64,000 nt of DNA, from NCBI GenBank assembly GCA_964016885.1, contig OZ024746.1, positions 80,910,001 through 80,974,000 of the forward strand. The letters are read 5' to 3'. The stretch comes from Eledone cirrhosa (taxonomy: Eukaryota). The notes below the pieces were generated by a model. The model was not told the origin of the DNA and did no database searches. It saw nothing but the letters and a program-made list of their open reading frames with translations. Made by a program: the position numbers and the translations under genes. Below are positions 13,485 through 28,327 of the stretch, one piece after another. How positions within the stretch are numbered: position 1 is the stretch's first letter; each line of letters starts with the position of its first letter.

Positions 13485-14077
13485 TTACTATTGCTACAAA
13501 TATATGAATAAATATTCACCTGGGAAAACATGAAAATGGAATTAGTAAACTATCTTTCCACCAACACATACTCCTACATACAATAAGATGCATTTTATCA
13601 TGCAGTGGTTACATTTTCTTAGTCATATTTGAAATAGAGGTCATATCTAAGTTATTAGGTTTATCAGTAAGTTCAAGCAATCATAGGTTTGTGATATTCC
13701 AACTATTCATAGGTTTATCAATAAGTCAAACTATTTCTGTTACCACAGTTAACGTTTACAACACAAATAGATTTTTCACTAACCAAATAGTGTTTGTTCA
13801 ATAAAGACATGGCTTTGTTTAAATTAAAGAGCTGATGGGTGGGTAGGTAGTGCTGTGAAAGACAGCCCATATCATAGAAAATAAACTAAACATATCTTTG
13901 AGTCCTTCTGCATTCGTCTTAGTTGTTGTTGTTATTGTTATAGCTCACACCTATGTAGGTTTATCAGGCTTCATAGGGGGTTTCTTTGTGGGAATCCTGT
14001 TTTATCATAAAAAAAACAATGTAAAATGAATAATGTAATATATATATATATATCATCATCATCATCATCATTGTTTA

Positions 14078-14220
14078 ATAAAGGTACTCAATACGTTGGT
14101 AGAATATAGGCATCTTTATTTTATATAGAATTGGACTAGAACTGCTTCATTCATCTGAAATCACGAGCATGATTTCATATGAATGAAACAGTTGTAGTTC
14201 TGAGGAAGTCATTTCTATAT
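14078..14220. mobile_element. Fold-back element, homologous to 53078-53206
   Basis: Hairpin 14133-14200 with GAATGAAACAGTT; AAGGTACTCAATAC and GAATGAAACAGTT.TAGT.CTG shared with the reverse complement of 53078-53165. Confidence 0.5.
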
Positions 14221-14743
14221 AATATATATATATATCCTCATCATATCTGTTTTTCCACACTTGTATATACATATACACACAAACACATACATATAGAAAA
14301 GGGGAAATGAGGGTTGAAATCAACTTGAAAATATACCAAAATCTGAAACTTATAAAAAAAAAAAAAGTCAAGTGTTTGTGATAATGAGATTCATGCAGAT
14401 AAATACAAATTGGTATATTATGATAGATGAGAGCTGAAAGAGACTGTGACTTTTTGAAATGTTTTTCCTGTAGATATATTCTCGCCCTTAGCCACCTCTA
14501 CACCCCTTGTTGCATCAGCAAGGGGTTATTACTCTCTGTATGAACCAGCCCTCCCAAGAAAAAGTGCATTTAGAAAGAAGAACTTACAAAATTGAAGAAA
14601 CAAGGCAAAGGGAGCAGGAAGTTGTATATAAGTTGTATATTAGTGAAGAAGTAGTATCTTGAGCGTAAATGAAATATTTGGCAAAATAGTGCTTCTAATA
14701 TTTCAGAGATCAGTTAATAGATCTCTCCCCCTCTTTCTCTTTG

Positions 14744-14787
<44 letters not shown>

Positions 14788-15226
14788 TCTCTCTCTCCCT
14801 CTCTCTCTCTTCCTCTCTCTCTCCCTCCCTCTCTCTCTCTCTCTCACCTACACATACACTTCAGCTAACTCCCTAAGCCAGAATAAGGATAAGAATATTT
14901 ATTTTACCTTATCAATTTGCAAGATAATTTAATTATTATTTTTTTTTATGTTCAGTGGAACATGTGTGAAAAATTAGAGTTGTGATGTTCATGCCTTTCT
15001 TAGGATATTTAATAACTGGGCAGTATGTAGACTTGGATTTTTTTCCCTGAATTTATTACTTTACTAAATGTCATCACAATTGGCATAGCCATACCATGGT
15101 CCTTCAACAGCTGATGTGGTTATAGGAGTGCTGTCATGATATAATGTCTTTAGCATTTTAAACCTGGTGAAGCCCGTGCTTCTCCATCTCTCCAGAGCAG
15201 ATAATCGGAATGAATACCATAAAGTA

Positions 15227-15512
15227 TTGTAAAGTTATGTTGGTGCCGCGCCATCCAGGCCGAAACAAATGAGATCGTGTAGGTGTCACGACAAAAAAAC
15301 ACACAGTCCACGCTGTAATGTGGCCGTGTAGGCAACACGGTAAAAACCTCCCAGACCCACACTGTAAATGTGGTTGGTGTTAGGAAGGGCATCCAACTGT
15401 AGAAAACCTGCCAGACAGTCCTATGCGAGCAAGACAATCACTCTTGCCTCAAGTGGGACTACCCCCGTCCAAACCCATGCAAGCGTGGAACACGGACGTT
15501 AAACGTTGATGA
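15227..15512 (+). mobile_element. RTE 3' UTR fragment, same family as 8218-8808
   Basis: Reverse-complement match to ~8240-8660 with one repeat unit; ends CGGACGTTAAACGTTGATGAT. Confidence 0.85.
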
Positions 15513-18500
15513 TTCTATGTGACATTCTTACAACACTACCATTTGGCCACCCTCGTTGCACTGCTTGGTTGAACAATATGGTATTAAATAAATTCGGTTA
15601 AACTACTTTTTAAGCTATATATCCTTTGTTAATACTCTATAAGTCTTAGACAAGATAGTAAAGCTCTTATTTCATTTATGTTTTGTAAATTCCAAAATAG
15701 AAACATTAGCATTTCTTATATCAAGCTTCTTAAATTAATGCTTTACCAATGAACCTTAATGCCTAGATACTTATATATAAATAATATAACAGTAGACAAA
15801 CAGCATTAAAAAAATATTATTTCAGGAACAAACCAAAGAATGCAGTTTAACTTTGAACAGATGTTCTTGAATCACTTTGGAAATTGTATATGTGTATGTA
15901 TATATGTATACATATATGTTTGTATGTATGTGTGTATGTATATATGTATACATGCATGTATGTTTATATGTATGTATGTAAATATATATATATATATAGA
16001 GAGAGAGAGATATGCACCAACGCAGACATTTGATATTTTGGACATCACATGGTTAGTAACAAACCACACCAAGAAATATGATCTTTGAAAAAAAACAAAA
16101 ATAATAATAAATGAGAGATTTCCAACGCAGGATTCTTTGCCAAAATAAATTCTGATTTAGAAACCCTTTCCCCACTTTTTTATTTATTTATTACCGTTAG
16201 TTATTACATATTCTTAGATAAAGCATTATCGTATAACTGATGAGAGCTGAAGGATATATCTTTATAGTATAGATTTTTTTTTATTGATTAGTCAGAAGGA
16301 AGATCAGTAAGCACGATCCTTTTTAGTGCTTCCTATATTGGTGTAAAGGAGAGAAGAAGATATCCTCAAATTGAAGACCTCCACCTGAATGTTTATATCA
16401 AAGTGATCCCTGTCAACTCTTTAATCTTTTTGTTAATGTATTTCTAATGAAATACACTGCCTATGTATTTCAATTAATTTTGAAGAATCAAAAGTTTGGA
16501 GGAATCTAATAATATTAAATGGGCAATTTTGTATCCTAAATTCAAGTTGGTTTCTGGCAGGTTAACATCAAAAGGATTAAACACCAGCCTGAAAGTGTCT
16601 GTATTAAAGTGTTTAAACCTAAATTAAATCACAGAACTGAAATATTATTACAACATGACAGATACTAGATTTTAGTAGTGAAATATTTGTCTTTTATTAT
16701 CAAGTTAAGGTGACTAAGTTTGTCACCCAACTAGACCACCAGGGTTTGAACTCAGAACATAGAGAGCAGGAACAAATACTGCAAGAAATACAATAAGTCT
16801 AAAAATCTCACAATCCTGCTAAGCCCCTGCTCTGCCAAACCTTCTCTGCCAGAAAACCTCTACATGGCTGTTCAACTTACTAGTAGTGGTCACCAAGTCT
16901 TCCTCCAAATGTACCATACCATCTTAAATTTTATATTTCCTAATGAAGTTCTTCGTTTACAAAGGTGGGAGGATCATGGCTGGAATAATATTGATCACAG
17001 ATTTTTTTCAGTCAGAGATGCCCTGGTGCTAAACAACAACAACAATCTCATCTATGGTGAGTTAATGTGAAAGCCTCAACATCACTGTTAAGTCTGCTCG
17101 ACACCCTCCCCCTCAAAAAAAAAAAAAGAAGACTTGCTTCATAATGTGGTCCTAGAATACCTTCGATTATAAGTTTGCTTCATATGAACTAACATTGGAT
17201 TAAACAACAACAACAACACCAACCAGATCTAAGAAATAATATTAGTTTGAATGCGTGAATACAATAGATCTTTACCATCAGTTGTGTTTATTTACAGTTC
17301 TAGTCAACCAACATAAGCTTCTGGTTCATTACAATGAAGAATAAAACGTGTCTGTCAAAGTATTACTTTAATATCATAGCAAGCAAAACTCATGCAACTG
17401 GGATTATAGTTATTTAATCATTTTTTTTTTTTTTATTGAGAATGGCTGTTGTTATTTCTTAACAGAAAGCCACTTGTTATGAACAGGGAATAGCAGCTGG
17501 TTCAAAATACCTGGAAACAGTGTACTAATGTCCTTTTATTTAATGAAGTATTGTCCTGAGTAATTACAGGATTATCTATGACTACAGTGTATGACAAATA
17601 CTAAGATCTTTCTAGAGAGACATTGAAAATTAAACACAAGGAATTATTAATGTTTCTAAATATTCCACTGATTTCCTTTCTATTTATATCCCATATTTCT
17701 AAGTTGCTGTAATGAATTAAAAGATGAGTAATATAGGCCATAAAAAAACTATTCTAATTTCTTTGAATACATTCTTTCTTACACAAAAGGATATTAGATT
17801 TTTTTTTTTTATTTGCTTATAACATTTAGATATCATGACCAATAGTGGTTTCTAATATTAAAACAAGACAACAAATGTGCAGGGAAACAATAGAGTTGAT
17901 TGAAAGCTGAGAACAACAGATCTCAATAAGGTCTGAAGTCAAAGGGTAAAAATACAAAATACAAAAATACAAAAATTTAGTGGTGAATTGATGTTTTTTT
18001 TGAAAGGGTGGGGTGTTATTTTTCTTTTGCTTTGATTATATATTTTTGTGTATTATATTTATATACGTTAGCAATAAGTAATTGTATATATTATTTGTGT
18101 TTATATTTTGGTTCTGTATGAATTATAAACAATTTGCAACGTTATTTATGCAACTGTAAATAAACTAGTTTTTATTGAATTAAAAAAACCTAATAAAATC
18201 TGGAATCCAGTGAAACTGATGTAAGTCAGTATCAGCAAAAATCAATCCCTAAGAGAGTTTGTTAATTAATTTGTTTATTTTAATGTGTATTTTATGTATA
18301 ACCATATATAACAACAGTCAAGCATTAACTGAATGAAGGCAGTATAGAATTTACTTTTATGAGAAAAAGGTTGCAATGACTTCAAAGTTTTACTTGTGGT
18401 TTCCATTTTTTCTCCAGACATAGTCTAAGATAATATGATGAGACTTGAATGATATGTTACTTATATTTTTGGCAAATTGTATAACCATCTAGAGGTTCTT

Positions 18501-19401
18501 TTGTTAGCTTGTTAACAGACGCTATTTCCTTATGGTCTGAAATCCTTGCTATATTTAATTCTAGAATCACATGATCCAAGTCAGGCTAGTCAGTCCAAAT
18601 TAGATATCTGGAATACTGCTACGAATGATAAAGCTCCACTGAGCCCAGCATACTAGGCATATTTAGTCATGTCGGTTCTTAACTTCTTTAATAATATACA
18701 GAACTAAAACATGATCTTACTCATAATTTACTGAGAACTATTTAATTGCATACTTCAACTTCATTATAATAAACTAGCAGAAAAACCACACTTCGGGTGA
18801 TTTTTTTCTGCTAGTATGTGTAGTGTGCATATTGATATTATACGCAAATATATACACATGTAGATATGATATGTCAAATAAAATCATAATTGACAATATA
18901 CACAGAAATTGAAGGGAGACTGTGTAACACTCTCTTCTGTAATCAGTAAAGTAAACCATGATACATTTAAAAAAGACAATATTATATATAAACTGCATTA
19001 GGAGAAAATTAGTGATGGAAATATATGAATGTTTATATAAGCATTTGCTAACCGGAAGTGTTGACATTTGAACATTTTAAAGAAGTGAATCTTTAAATAA
19101 GCAATAAAATATATTTAATCAAGAGTTGCAAAATTTAGTAGATAAATTATGTAATATTCATTCATTAGTAGAAACAATTATTTATTCAAAGTAATCTAAC
19201 TTATTTTACAAACGGGATAAAAGGATATATTCTGGACGCAGTCCCACACTCCTTTCTTTATTATAGTTAAGATATGCAGCCATAGTTACATAGTTAAGGA
19301 GTTCACTTTTACAAACATTGAAGAATATAATGAAGTAGGACGAACCCATGTAATATGAAGAATTTAGTTGAATTTGATTACTAGTCTTGTACTATAAATG
19401 A

Positions 19402-19741
19402 ATAGAACACATATATACAAGATACATTGTCTGCATAAAACACATATATACAAGATACATTGTCTGCATAGAACACATATATACAAGATACATTGTCTGC
19501 ATAGAACACATATATACAAGATACATTGTCTGCATAGAACACATATATACAAGATACATTGTCTGCATAGAACACATATATACAAGATACATTGTCTGCA
19601 TAGAACACATATATACAAGATACATTGTCTGCATAGAACACATATATACAAGATACATTGTCTGCATAGAACACATATATACAAGATACATTGTCTGCAT
19701 AGAACACATATATACAAGATACATTGTCTGCATAAAACATA
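19402..19741. repeat. 33 bp minisatellite, ~10 copies
   Basis: Unit ATAGAACACATATATACAAGATACATTGTCTGC, no spacers. Confidence 0.97.
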
Positions 19742-19908
19742 TTTTGTTGATCATCCATCTATGTAATGGTATGCATTCTTTGGGAAGAAGCATAATAATG
19801 TTGCCACTCCCTTCTGTACAGTTGGTGACAGATGTATGCATCTAAACCTACCTAACAGATAATATGAAAAGTCAGGTAATATATATACACACACATATAT
19901 ATATATAT

Positions 19909-19941
<33 letters not shown>

Positions 19942-21110
19942 ATGATAGTGATGATAATGATAAGAACCTTGATAATAGTTATCCCACTGATATATCAGGA
20001 ATAAAATGTAGCACCAATTCAACGATTCTTAAACTCTTCAAGCAAATAATATATTATCTAATTCATTTACTTATATTCCTGCAGTCAAATGAATTCTTCA
20101 GTTCATATATGTACTTCTATAACTGATTATACATCTAAAAATACAATTTTGTTTATTCATTTTTCTTTTTTGTTTATTACTCTGGGCGTCTTGTTTTCTG
20201 AGTGGCAAAATTCCAGCCTTGATTGAAGAGATAAATGTAACAATCTTTGGCAAAGAAACGCCATTACATAACTGATGTTAGCATCTAGTGAGGTTTTCTA
20301 GCTTCAGTTTGATAGAGTTTATGTATCTCTCAGAATAGGTACATGACGTCATAAGCTAAAAGACCTCTTTCTATTGCAACATATATCCATTAACTCTTTG
20401 AGAAAGAGAAAGCCTTGGAAAACAGCCAGTGGGGATATATTGGCTAAAAGTCTGAAAAAATAAGCAATACAGATAGGTGTCCTAGTAATAGAATCAGATT
20501 AACTGTTTTTCTATTCCTGGTTGGACAAAACTGCTTTACATGTTCTATTACTGCCACCTACTCATTGCATGTTCAACACTTCTTTATTCCTTACCTGATT
20601 GGTAATTTCTTCATATTGTTTGTCCAATAACTGCCACTGGCATGTTTGGAAGTTCTCAATAAATTACATGTCCTTCCATTCATTGGCAATTCACTTCCTG
20701 CTCAGCAATTCTTATTCATTGCATGTTTATTGATTCCCCTAAATCATTATATATCCGCTAATTATCTACCCACTGCTAGGTATGTGCATGTTGTCTGTCT
20801 ACTCAATAAGTAGCTCCACAGCTTTCTTACTCACACATTATCTTGCAACTGGCTAACCATTAACATGTTACTGTTTGCTGTCTTGCCTTCAGTTCTCCAA
20901 CTAATCCCACCTTCTCCTATAATTCACATTCTATTACATAACCTAATAACTAGACTGACTTAAACTACTTGTCTATTCTTATTATAACAGTAAGAGGAAT
21001 TGAGTCTTAGCTTGTCTGGGACACCAACAACTCTAAGTTTGATACTGTTTTTTTTTTAAATCATTGTATCATTGTATAAGAACAAACCTTTCCATTCTCA
21101 ACATTGTTAG

Positions 21111-21142
21111 GCCAGAAATGGAGGATTTAAGTTTTCGTTTTG
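21111..21142 (+). CDS. Candidate 32 bp exon (PEMEDLSFRF)
   Basis: Acceptor CATTCTCAACATTGTTAG, donor TG|GTAAGA. Confidence 0.22.
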
Positions 21143-21539
21143 GTAAGATGTTTCATATAGTTCTTCAGCACTATTTATCATGAAACAAACAAATCAAATA
21201 TAATTAGCAACAATTTGTAATTTAATTACTCCTATGTATTCTTTAAATAAATTGTTTCACGAGTTTGGTTATGCTCACCATTCTCTCTGGCCAGTCATTA
21301 GAGTATGTGCCTCAAAGGTATATGTCTCAAATTAGATTTGTTAGTTAATCTCATGGGGGAACTACCACAATATTACCAGATTGTTTTCTTTATTTCATTC
21401 TCTTATCTTTTATATTTTTCTTTTGTTTTGATTATAAATCAACTTTCCAAAACAAACTCAATCTTTACTACTGTAAAATTACAAGTGGCATATATGGAAG
21501 CCTCATATCCTCCTAATCAACATCATCAACATTATTTAA

Positions 21540-21728
21540 CCCTTTAGCATTTAAACTGGCCATATCCGGCCAGATTTCTCTCACCTTTTTTTTATCAAAC
21601 CAGCCATAACTGTCTGCTCATACTTATGTTAAGGTATTTTTCTTAAAATAAATGATATCAAAATCTCATAGATTCGATATTAAGTGAAAGTACAATATTA
21701 TATATAGAGTAATATAAATGCTAAAGGG
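21540..21728 (+). mobile_element. piggyBac-like MITE family A
   Basis: TTAA-CCCTTTAGCATTTA ... TAAATGCTAAAGGG-TTAA: terminal inverted repeats and TTAA TSD. Confidence 0.88.
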
Positions 21729-22014
21729 TTAATGTCTGTTTTCCCTGCTATCGTTCATTTTCCTTACTATATATTGTACTGACTCTTTCAATTTGCTCAA
21801 TCTTCCATCTTGCTTTTGTTTTCCTGTTCCATTGTTCTGTATGGATGGATGGAGGTGCTATTTGTAGTCTATGAAAAAATTATATTTTTTTCAGGAGACT
21901 TTTACTTTTGATAATATACCTATATATTGAAACAGTTATATACATGTAAGGTAAATTCAAAATAAATTATATAATAATAATAACAATAACAACAACAAAA
22001 ACAACAACGATAAT

Positions 22015-22250
22015 AATAATGGTTTCTTTTATAGGCACATGGCCAGCAATTTTTGGGGAAGGGAAAGTTGATTAAATCGACCCCAGTGCATGACAGGTAC
22101 TTTATTTTATCGACCCCGTAAGGATGAAAGGCAAAGTTAACGTCGGCGGGATTTGAACTCAGACCGTAAAGGGAGGTAACTCTATTCTGGAAAGCATGGA
22201 GTCTGACCCTGCACTGATACTGCCATGGAGTCCGACCCTCTACTGATACT
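22015..22250 (-). mobile_element. Deu/Nin-type SINE, long variant with duplicated 5' segment
   Basis: Core motif present; CATGGAGTCYGACCCT..ACTGATACT repeated twice at 22196-22250. Confidence 0.85.
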
Positions 22251-22552
22251 ACGATGATAATAATAATATGTAGTTCATTATTTAATGCCTAATTTCTAAC
22301 TCATCTCATGATTATGCTATATTGATTTAAATCAGTTTTCTTAAATTAGGTCTCATTTTCAGTTTCAGCTTTTCGCAACATATTTTCTTCCATAGCTCAG
22401 TTTATTTTTAATGATATTTCTTTTTTCTTAACTCTTAAAGTTATTTGTCACATTCCCATTCCATTCATTCATTTAAAGCTAATTAGAATTTCCTAGAGAT
22501 TAAAAATAATCCAGGCACACCATCTGCATGAAAAACAATATATGAGATAGTG

Positions 22553-22800
22553 TTAACCATTTTGAGGCTTTTGCTATGAAACTGTTTGAAACCACTCATG
22601 GTTTTATGGTACAAAACTATTTGTTTTAAAATGTTTATGCTTACCTAAAAATCTTTCATCATAATTTCCTGTAAAAAAAAAAAAAGTTATGTTCCAAATA
22701 CCAGCTTAATTATGAGAAAGTTAGTTATATTAATAAATCCGACTAAATTCCTGATTATTTTCAAAATTATTTCATTAGAAATATGGTAAGAAATATGAAA
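22553..22800 (+). mobile_element. MITE family B fragment (others ~23669-23750, 24220-24410, 24475-24600, 37530-37945, 45828-45960, 47085-47171, 50478-50720, 55570-55630)
   Basis: Shared TTTGATACCAAAC..GGTTCTATGATACAAAA and CCAGCTTAAT(A)ATGAGAAAG segments. Confidence 0.6.
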
Positions 22801-23560
22801 GGATTCATGCATCAAGCTACTTTGAAATAGATATGCAATGAGGAAAAACTGATATTAGCCTATAATTAACACTATTTTATTAATTTTCTGGACAATAATT
22901 CTGGACATGTTTTGGTTTTATTCCAAACCTTTAAAGGAAGTATTGCATACCCATGCTTGTCAAAGCTGTGCTGAAAGAAATAATTATTTTTAAAATTCAA
23001 AGCATTAGATATGTTGAATAATTTTATTTTCCTATGCCAATGCTCCAGCTTTTCCCCTTTTTTTTAAATCTTATTTTTTTTCCTTCCTGTTTTCTTTGTC
23101 TTTGGTTTCTATTTTCTCCCCCTGTCTCTCTCTTGATTTTGTTTCTTAATAGTAAAAAGGTATTAATCTGTCATGATTTACTTGCTCTATATGGACATTT
23201 AGATTGATTAAATGAATAAATTTACTATGTAATTCACTTCACACTATTTTGGTAATTACAGAGACGCTATGCTTTTTTGAGTAGGAGGTCAGAATGAGAT
23301 TGAGATATGTTCAGAATTTTCTCCCATACTTGTCCAGATAATGTTCAAATATTATTAGTCATTGATTAATAGAGTTTTAAGGAATTTAGCGGTGGCTTGT
23401 GTCGACAAAAATGATTTAGAAGATTTTGTAAATTTGTATAAGACCTGTGCCATAAGGAGACAAGAGTACTGATATTTTGAGTCAAGCACTTTTTCAAGAT
23501 AAACATGGAAATGTATATTGTGAGTAGCATTGAGCATATTTGTGTGAAGAATATGTGTGA

Positions 23561-23643
23561 AAAGAAAGAGATGAGATGCGACAGTAAGAAAGAGATGAGA
23601 TGCGACAGTAAGAAAGAGATGAGATGTGACAGTAAGAAAGAGA
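23561..23643. repeat. 24 bp minisatellite, ~3.4 copies
   Basis: Unit AAGAAAGAGATGAGATGCGACAGT. Confidence 0.9.
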
Positions 23644-23785
23644 GGGAGTAACGAAGTAAAAGGTATATTAACTCCTTTGATACCAAACTGTTTGAAACCA
23701 GTCTTGGTTCTATGTTACAAAAACTGTTCATTTTGAAAATGTTTATAGCACTGCTGTGCTTGTGTCTGATGAAAATAATTTATAA

Positions 23786-23982
23786 ATAATAATTGTTTCT
23801 ACTTTTGGCACAAGGCCAGCAATTATCCCAGTGTATTACTGGTACTTTATTTTATCGACCTTGTAAGGATGAAAGGCAAAGTTAACCTCGGCGGGATTTG
23901 AACTCAAATCATAAAGGGGCGTAACTCTATGCTGCAAATCATGGTGTCCGACCCTCTACCGATACTGCCAATCCACCACCCT
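23786..23982 (-). mobile_element. Deu/Nin-type SINE, full length with TSD
   Basis: Flanking direct repeat TAATTTATAAATAATAATT. Confidence 0.9.
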
Positions 23983-24760
23983 TAATTTATAAATAATAAT
24001 TCTAGCAGAAAATTAATGAGAATCTCTCTGATGAGAATAATAAAATGAGACATTTTGACCAGGCATGCATACAAACCATTACACTACAAGGACATCATCC
24101 ATTTTCACACTCAAATAAAGCAAACAAATGTTTATTTATACTGGAAGTTGTTTAGCAAGTTATCTCACACAGTGTTCAGTAAATTTATCCCATTCATTAC
24201 CATATTTCTAATCAAATACTTAATATTTTAAAATAATTAATAAAGAATTTAGAAGGATTTACTAAAATTATCTTTTATTAAGATGGCATTTATAATATAA
24301 AATGTTCTTAAGATAAAATTGTTGAAGGATTTAATGTAGATATTTTAAAATGGGTAATTTTGTTTTGTCAAAACAAGTTGTTTTGGATGAGCTGATATCA
24401 AAAAGTGTTAAATCACTCAAATTTTATATTGATTCAAGATGTGTAAAAAATATTAATAGTTAAAATATTTTAAAGCTTTTTGGTACCAAACTGCTTGAAT
24501 CTACCCTTGATTCTATGATACACAATTGTTTATTTTAAAGTGTTAATATTTATCTAAAAACCTTCCATCATAATTTTATATAACCTTTGTTAAGTTAGCC
24601 ATACATATCTTCATCTCTCTTAACTTTTGAAAATCCTGAAACTTGTGAAATCAGTAAAGTTATAAATTATTGTAAATAAACCTTAAAGACTCCAATTGCA
24701 TTTTCAACTTCTTTTTCCTACATTTTTACCCATGTGGGATATATCAAAAACCTTACTCTG

Positions 24761-24818
<58 letters not shown>

Positions 24819-25019
24819 CTCCAGTCAACTCAGCTAGAAAAAATAAGTTTGTATCTGTAATTCAAGGAGCCAGACTTGTCACTCCCTGAGAATTATAATA
24901 AAATTACATATGTCTGTAGAATGCTTAGCCAGTTGTTGATTTCATGAATATGCTGATCCATTGATCAAACAAATGGAACACTTATCATTAGAATTCACAG
25001 AGATCCAACACACATGCAA

Positions 25020-25078
<59 letters not shown>

Positions 25079-25667
25079 ATGTTGATGCCATGATAAAATG
25101 GACTCAGTACACATTGTAAAGTGTTAGAGCTGATAGTTAAATCTGATGATTCAATGCATTGCTACTCAGAGTTTAACACATATATACAATCATTGAAGCT
25201 GCATTGAAGTGGGTATTCAATATATTATTACATATGTTATTCTATTACCTTCTCTCTTGATGTAAACTGAAATCAATGCCTATCTTATCTACTAGCTTGC
25301 AGGGGAAGTGAACAATTTTCTGGATTGGTTTTAGCTGACAAGATAAAGTTACAAATCCCATTGCATGATTACTCAGTAGATGATTATAGAAAGAAACTGT
25401 TGGTTATGATATTTAGATGCTACTTGATAATTTTAGAAACAGGAAACTTCAAAGTAAGAAACCTTAATAGTTAGTATCCAAGATTAAGTTGCTAATCCCT
25501 TTTGGCAAAATTTCCTCTGTTTATCTTTATTAATCTTTTCCTCTCTCTCTTTCTCACTTTTCCCTCTTTCTCTAATATGTATATATATATATATATATGT
25601 ATACACACACAGATACACACACATGCATACATATGTAGATGTATATATATTATGTCTATTCTTCCAT

Positions 25668-25705
<38 letters not shown>

Positions 25706-25974
25706 GAGAATGAGTAACATTTTATCCATTTATATAAGTGTGTGTGTGTATGCGCATCATACTGACATTGCTCCAACCAGATATGTTCTTTATCTCTGTT
25801 TCGGTATTGGTAGAATGGTAGCATCAATATGTGTTGATGTCACTGAGAATGATGGCTTCAGGGAGCAGTCAAGTGAGATAGGTGTCCTTCACTCTTTTGA
25901 TATTAAACTGCCTATAGATGTGGTTGGTTGCATGATACAAAACTGTTTGTTTTAAAATGTGTATATTTATTTAA

Positions 25975-26160
25975 TCCCAAAATTCTTTCATCCCTTTCTG
26001 TTCAAACCAGCCATAACTAGCTGCTCATACTGATGTTAAGGTATTGTTCTTAGAATAAATAACATTAAAATCTCATAGATTCGATATTATGTGAGTTATG
26101 TAAGATGAAGCCTTTACCACAAAAATACAAGTATATATAGAGTAATGTAAATCTAAAGGG
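25975..26160 (+). mobile_element. MITE family A, truncated, nested in a MITE family B fragment (~25920-26280)
   Basis: Body matches the 21540 copy and ends AAAGGGTTA; flanks match family B. Confidence 0.7.
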
Positions 26161-26689
26161 TTATAGACATCTTCCATTAGAATTGTATGCAAGAACGTTT
26201 GTTTAGTTGTGGTAAATACATCAGTTAAATAATGAGAAAGTTAGTTGAATTATTAAATTCTTGAGGAAATGTTCTCCATTAGAGATATGAAATGAAAAAT
26301 TAAAATGAAATTTGCAGCTCACACGTATGCAGGTTAGCCTGTCTCCTACAAGGCCTCATCTTGAAAAGCAACATGAAATGAAGTATCTTGCTTAAGGCCA
26401 CAAAATGCCACCTGGTTCGGGAATCAACCCACAACATTACCATCACCCTAGTCACTAGGCCACATGCCTTCACTATTAATTAGAAATATGGTTAAAAAAA
26501 GGGTTATTGCAGAAATAGATATAGATTGAAGAGTTGTTGGTATTTGGAAGATCTTGAAGAAAAGTAAAGGAAGCAGATGTATTTGGAGTGAGTGAGAGTT
26601 TGAGACAGAGTAAGTAGAAGTAGTCTTTGTCTCTGAGAGAGAGAAATGAGTGGTGGGGAATGTGCACTCTACATATGTATATCTATGTA

Positions 26690-26729
<40 letters not shown>

Positions 26730-26849
26730 TCAAAATCTTTGTAATCTCCAGAGGATGTTCTGCAATGCAAGCTGTTTATAAATTATAATATATGTATATA
26801 TAAGGTTATCATCCTCATATTTACATCCATGTTTTCATGCGGGTATGTT

Positions 26850-26973
26850 ATGTGTGTATGTGTGTGTGTGCATGTTATTATCTATGGATATGTGTGTATG
26901 TGTGTGTGTGCATGTTATTATCTATGGATATGTGTGTATGTGTGTGTGTGTGTGTGCATGTTATTATCTATGG
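26850..26973. repeat. ~40 bp tandem repeat, 3 copies
   Basis: (TG)n-CATGTTATTATCTATGG units. Confidence 0.85.
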
Positions 26974-27061
26974 CTTCATCTTTACCTATAACATATTTTA
27001 AAAAAAACATTTGGATATCATATTCTTATCTTATAAACATTCAGAATTTGAATATATTAAC

Positions 27062-27106
<45 letters not shown>

Positions 27107-27633
27107 TGTGTGTGTGTGTGTGTCTGTGTGTGTGTGTCTGTGTGTTGTTTTGGCTTTATTATTTTATAAATTTTCTCCAATAGTGAAAGAGCCAGTTTCT
27201 AACATAGAAACAAGATTCTTTCATTGGAATTTAAACAACATCAACAAGGTACATATGTATATATGTCTATATGTGTTTGTGTATGTATATATGGATGCTA
27301 TTTCCTGTGTAGATCTGTATGTTTTGTGTTATATGTGTACACATGCATATGTTTCTATATCTATATGTGTTTATATACAGTTATTACATGCTAAATATCT
27401 GAAATGTTATTACAGTTCCATTAATGGAGTGTACTTAGAACTTCCTAATTAGTTGTGCTCTTTCTGGTTCCCTGAAACCCAACTTCTCAGGATTTGTACT
27501 GAAGCATTTAGTAATATATTTAAGTGAACCAATGATCACAGGTACAAAATCTAAAGGAATAGACAGAGTGGAGTCTCTGCAGATTCCACATTAGTTTAGC
27601 ATAAATGTACTCCTTTATAATAATCTTTAATAT

Positions 27634-27826
27634 AATTGTTTCTACCTTTGGCACAAGGCCAGCAATTTCCCCAGTGCATTACTGGTACTTTATTTTATCG
27701 ACCCCTGTAAGGATGCAAGACAAAGTTAACCTTGGCAGGATTTGAACTCAGATCATAAAGGGCCGTAACTCTATGCTGCAAAGCATAGCATCTGACCCTC
27801 TACTGATACTGCCAATCCACTACCCT
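27634..27826 (-). mobile_element. Deu/Nin-type SINE, full length with TSD
   Basis: Flanking direct repeat TAATAATCTTTAATATAAT. Confidence 0.9.
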
Positions 27827-28276
27827 TTAATAATCTTTAATATAATGCATGATTAAAAGTATATAAAGAAAATAAAGTTATGTTTGGCTGTGCATATTTG
27901 GAAAAACAGAACTCAATGCATGGGTAATGTGTTGTATATTTTATTATATACATCACTTAATAGCTTAAGCTTAAATGTTTTTTTCTCAAGAAACACCTTG
28001 CCCTTCAGTCAATAATATAGCTTTGTAACTATAATAAAATAAATGTAAATAGAAATATTTGTGATACGCTTGTGTCATTACTGCCTTAGCTATAGTTTGT
28101 GCCACCACCACTCCAGTTCTGCTCCTGTGTGACACTAAGGGTCATATCAAATAGAAGAGAGTTGATTCTAAGTGAAGGCTGTTCGCTCATGCATGTCATA
28201 CACATGCGTACATACATATATAGAAATTTAGTATGCAATAACTGCATATACACACCATAGATATAAAAACATATGC

Positions 28277-28320
<44 letters not shown>

Positions 28321-28327
<7 letters not shown>

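Noticed and set aside
16236-16260. CTGATGA hammerhead core (also ~23766 and ~24028)
   Set aside because: No paired stem II followed by GAAA and a cleavage triplet.
19402-19741. CRISPR-like 33 bp repeats
   Set aside because: Units are contiguous with no unique spacers, there are no cas genes, and the context is eukaryotic.
20296-20366. Short imperfect inverted repeat GAGGTTTTCTAGCTT / AAGCTAAAAGACCTC
   Set aside because: Only ~15 bp arms, with no TA flank or hammerhead motif; could be chance.
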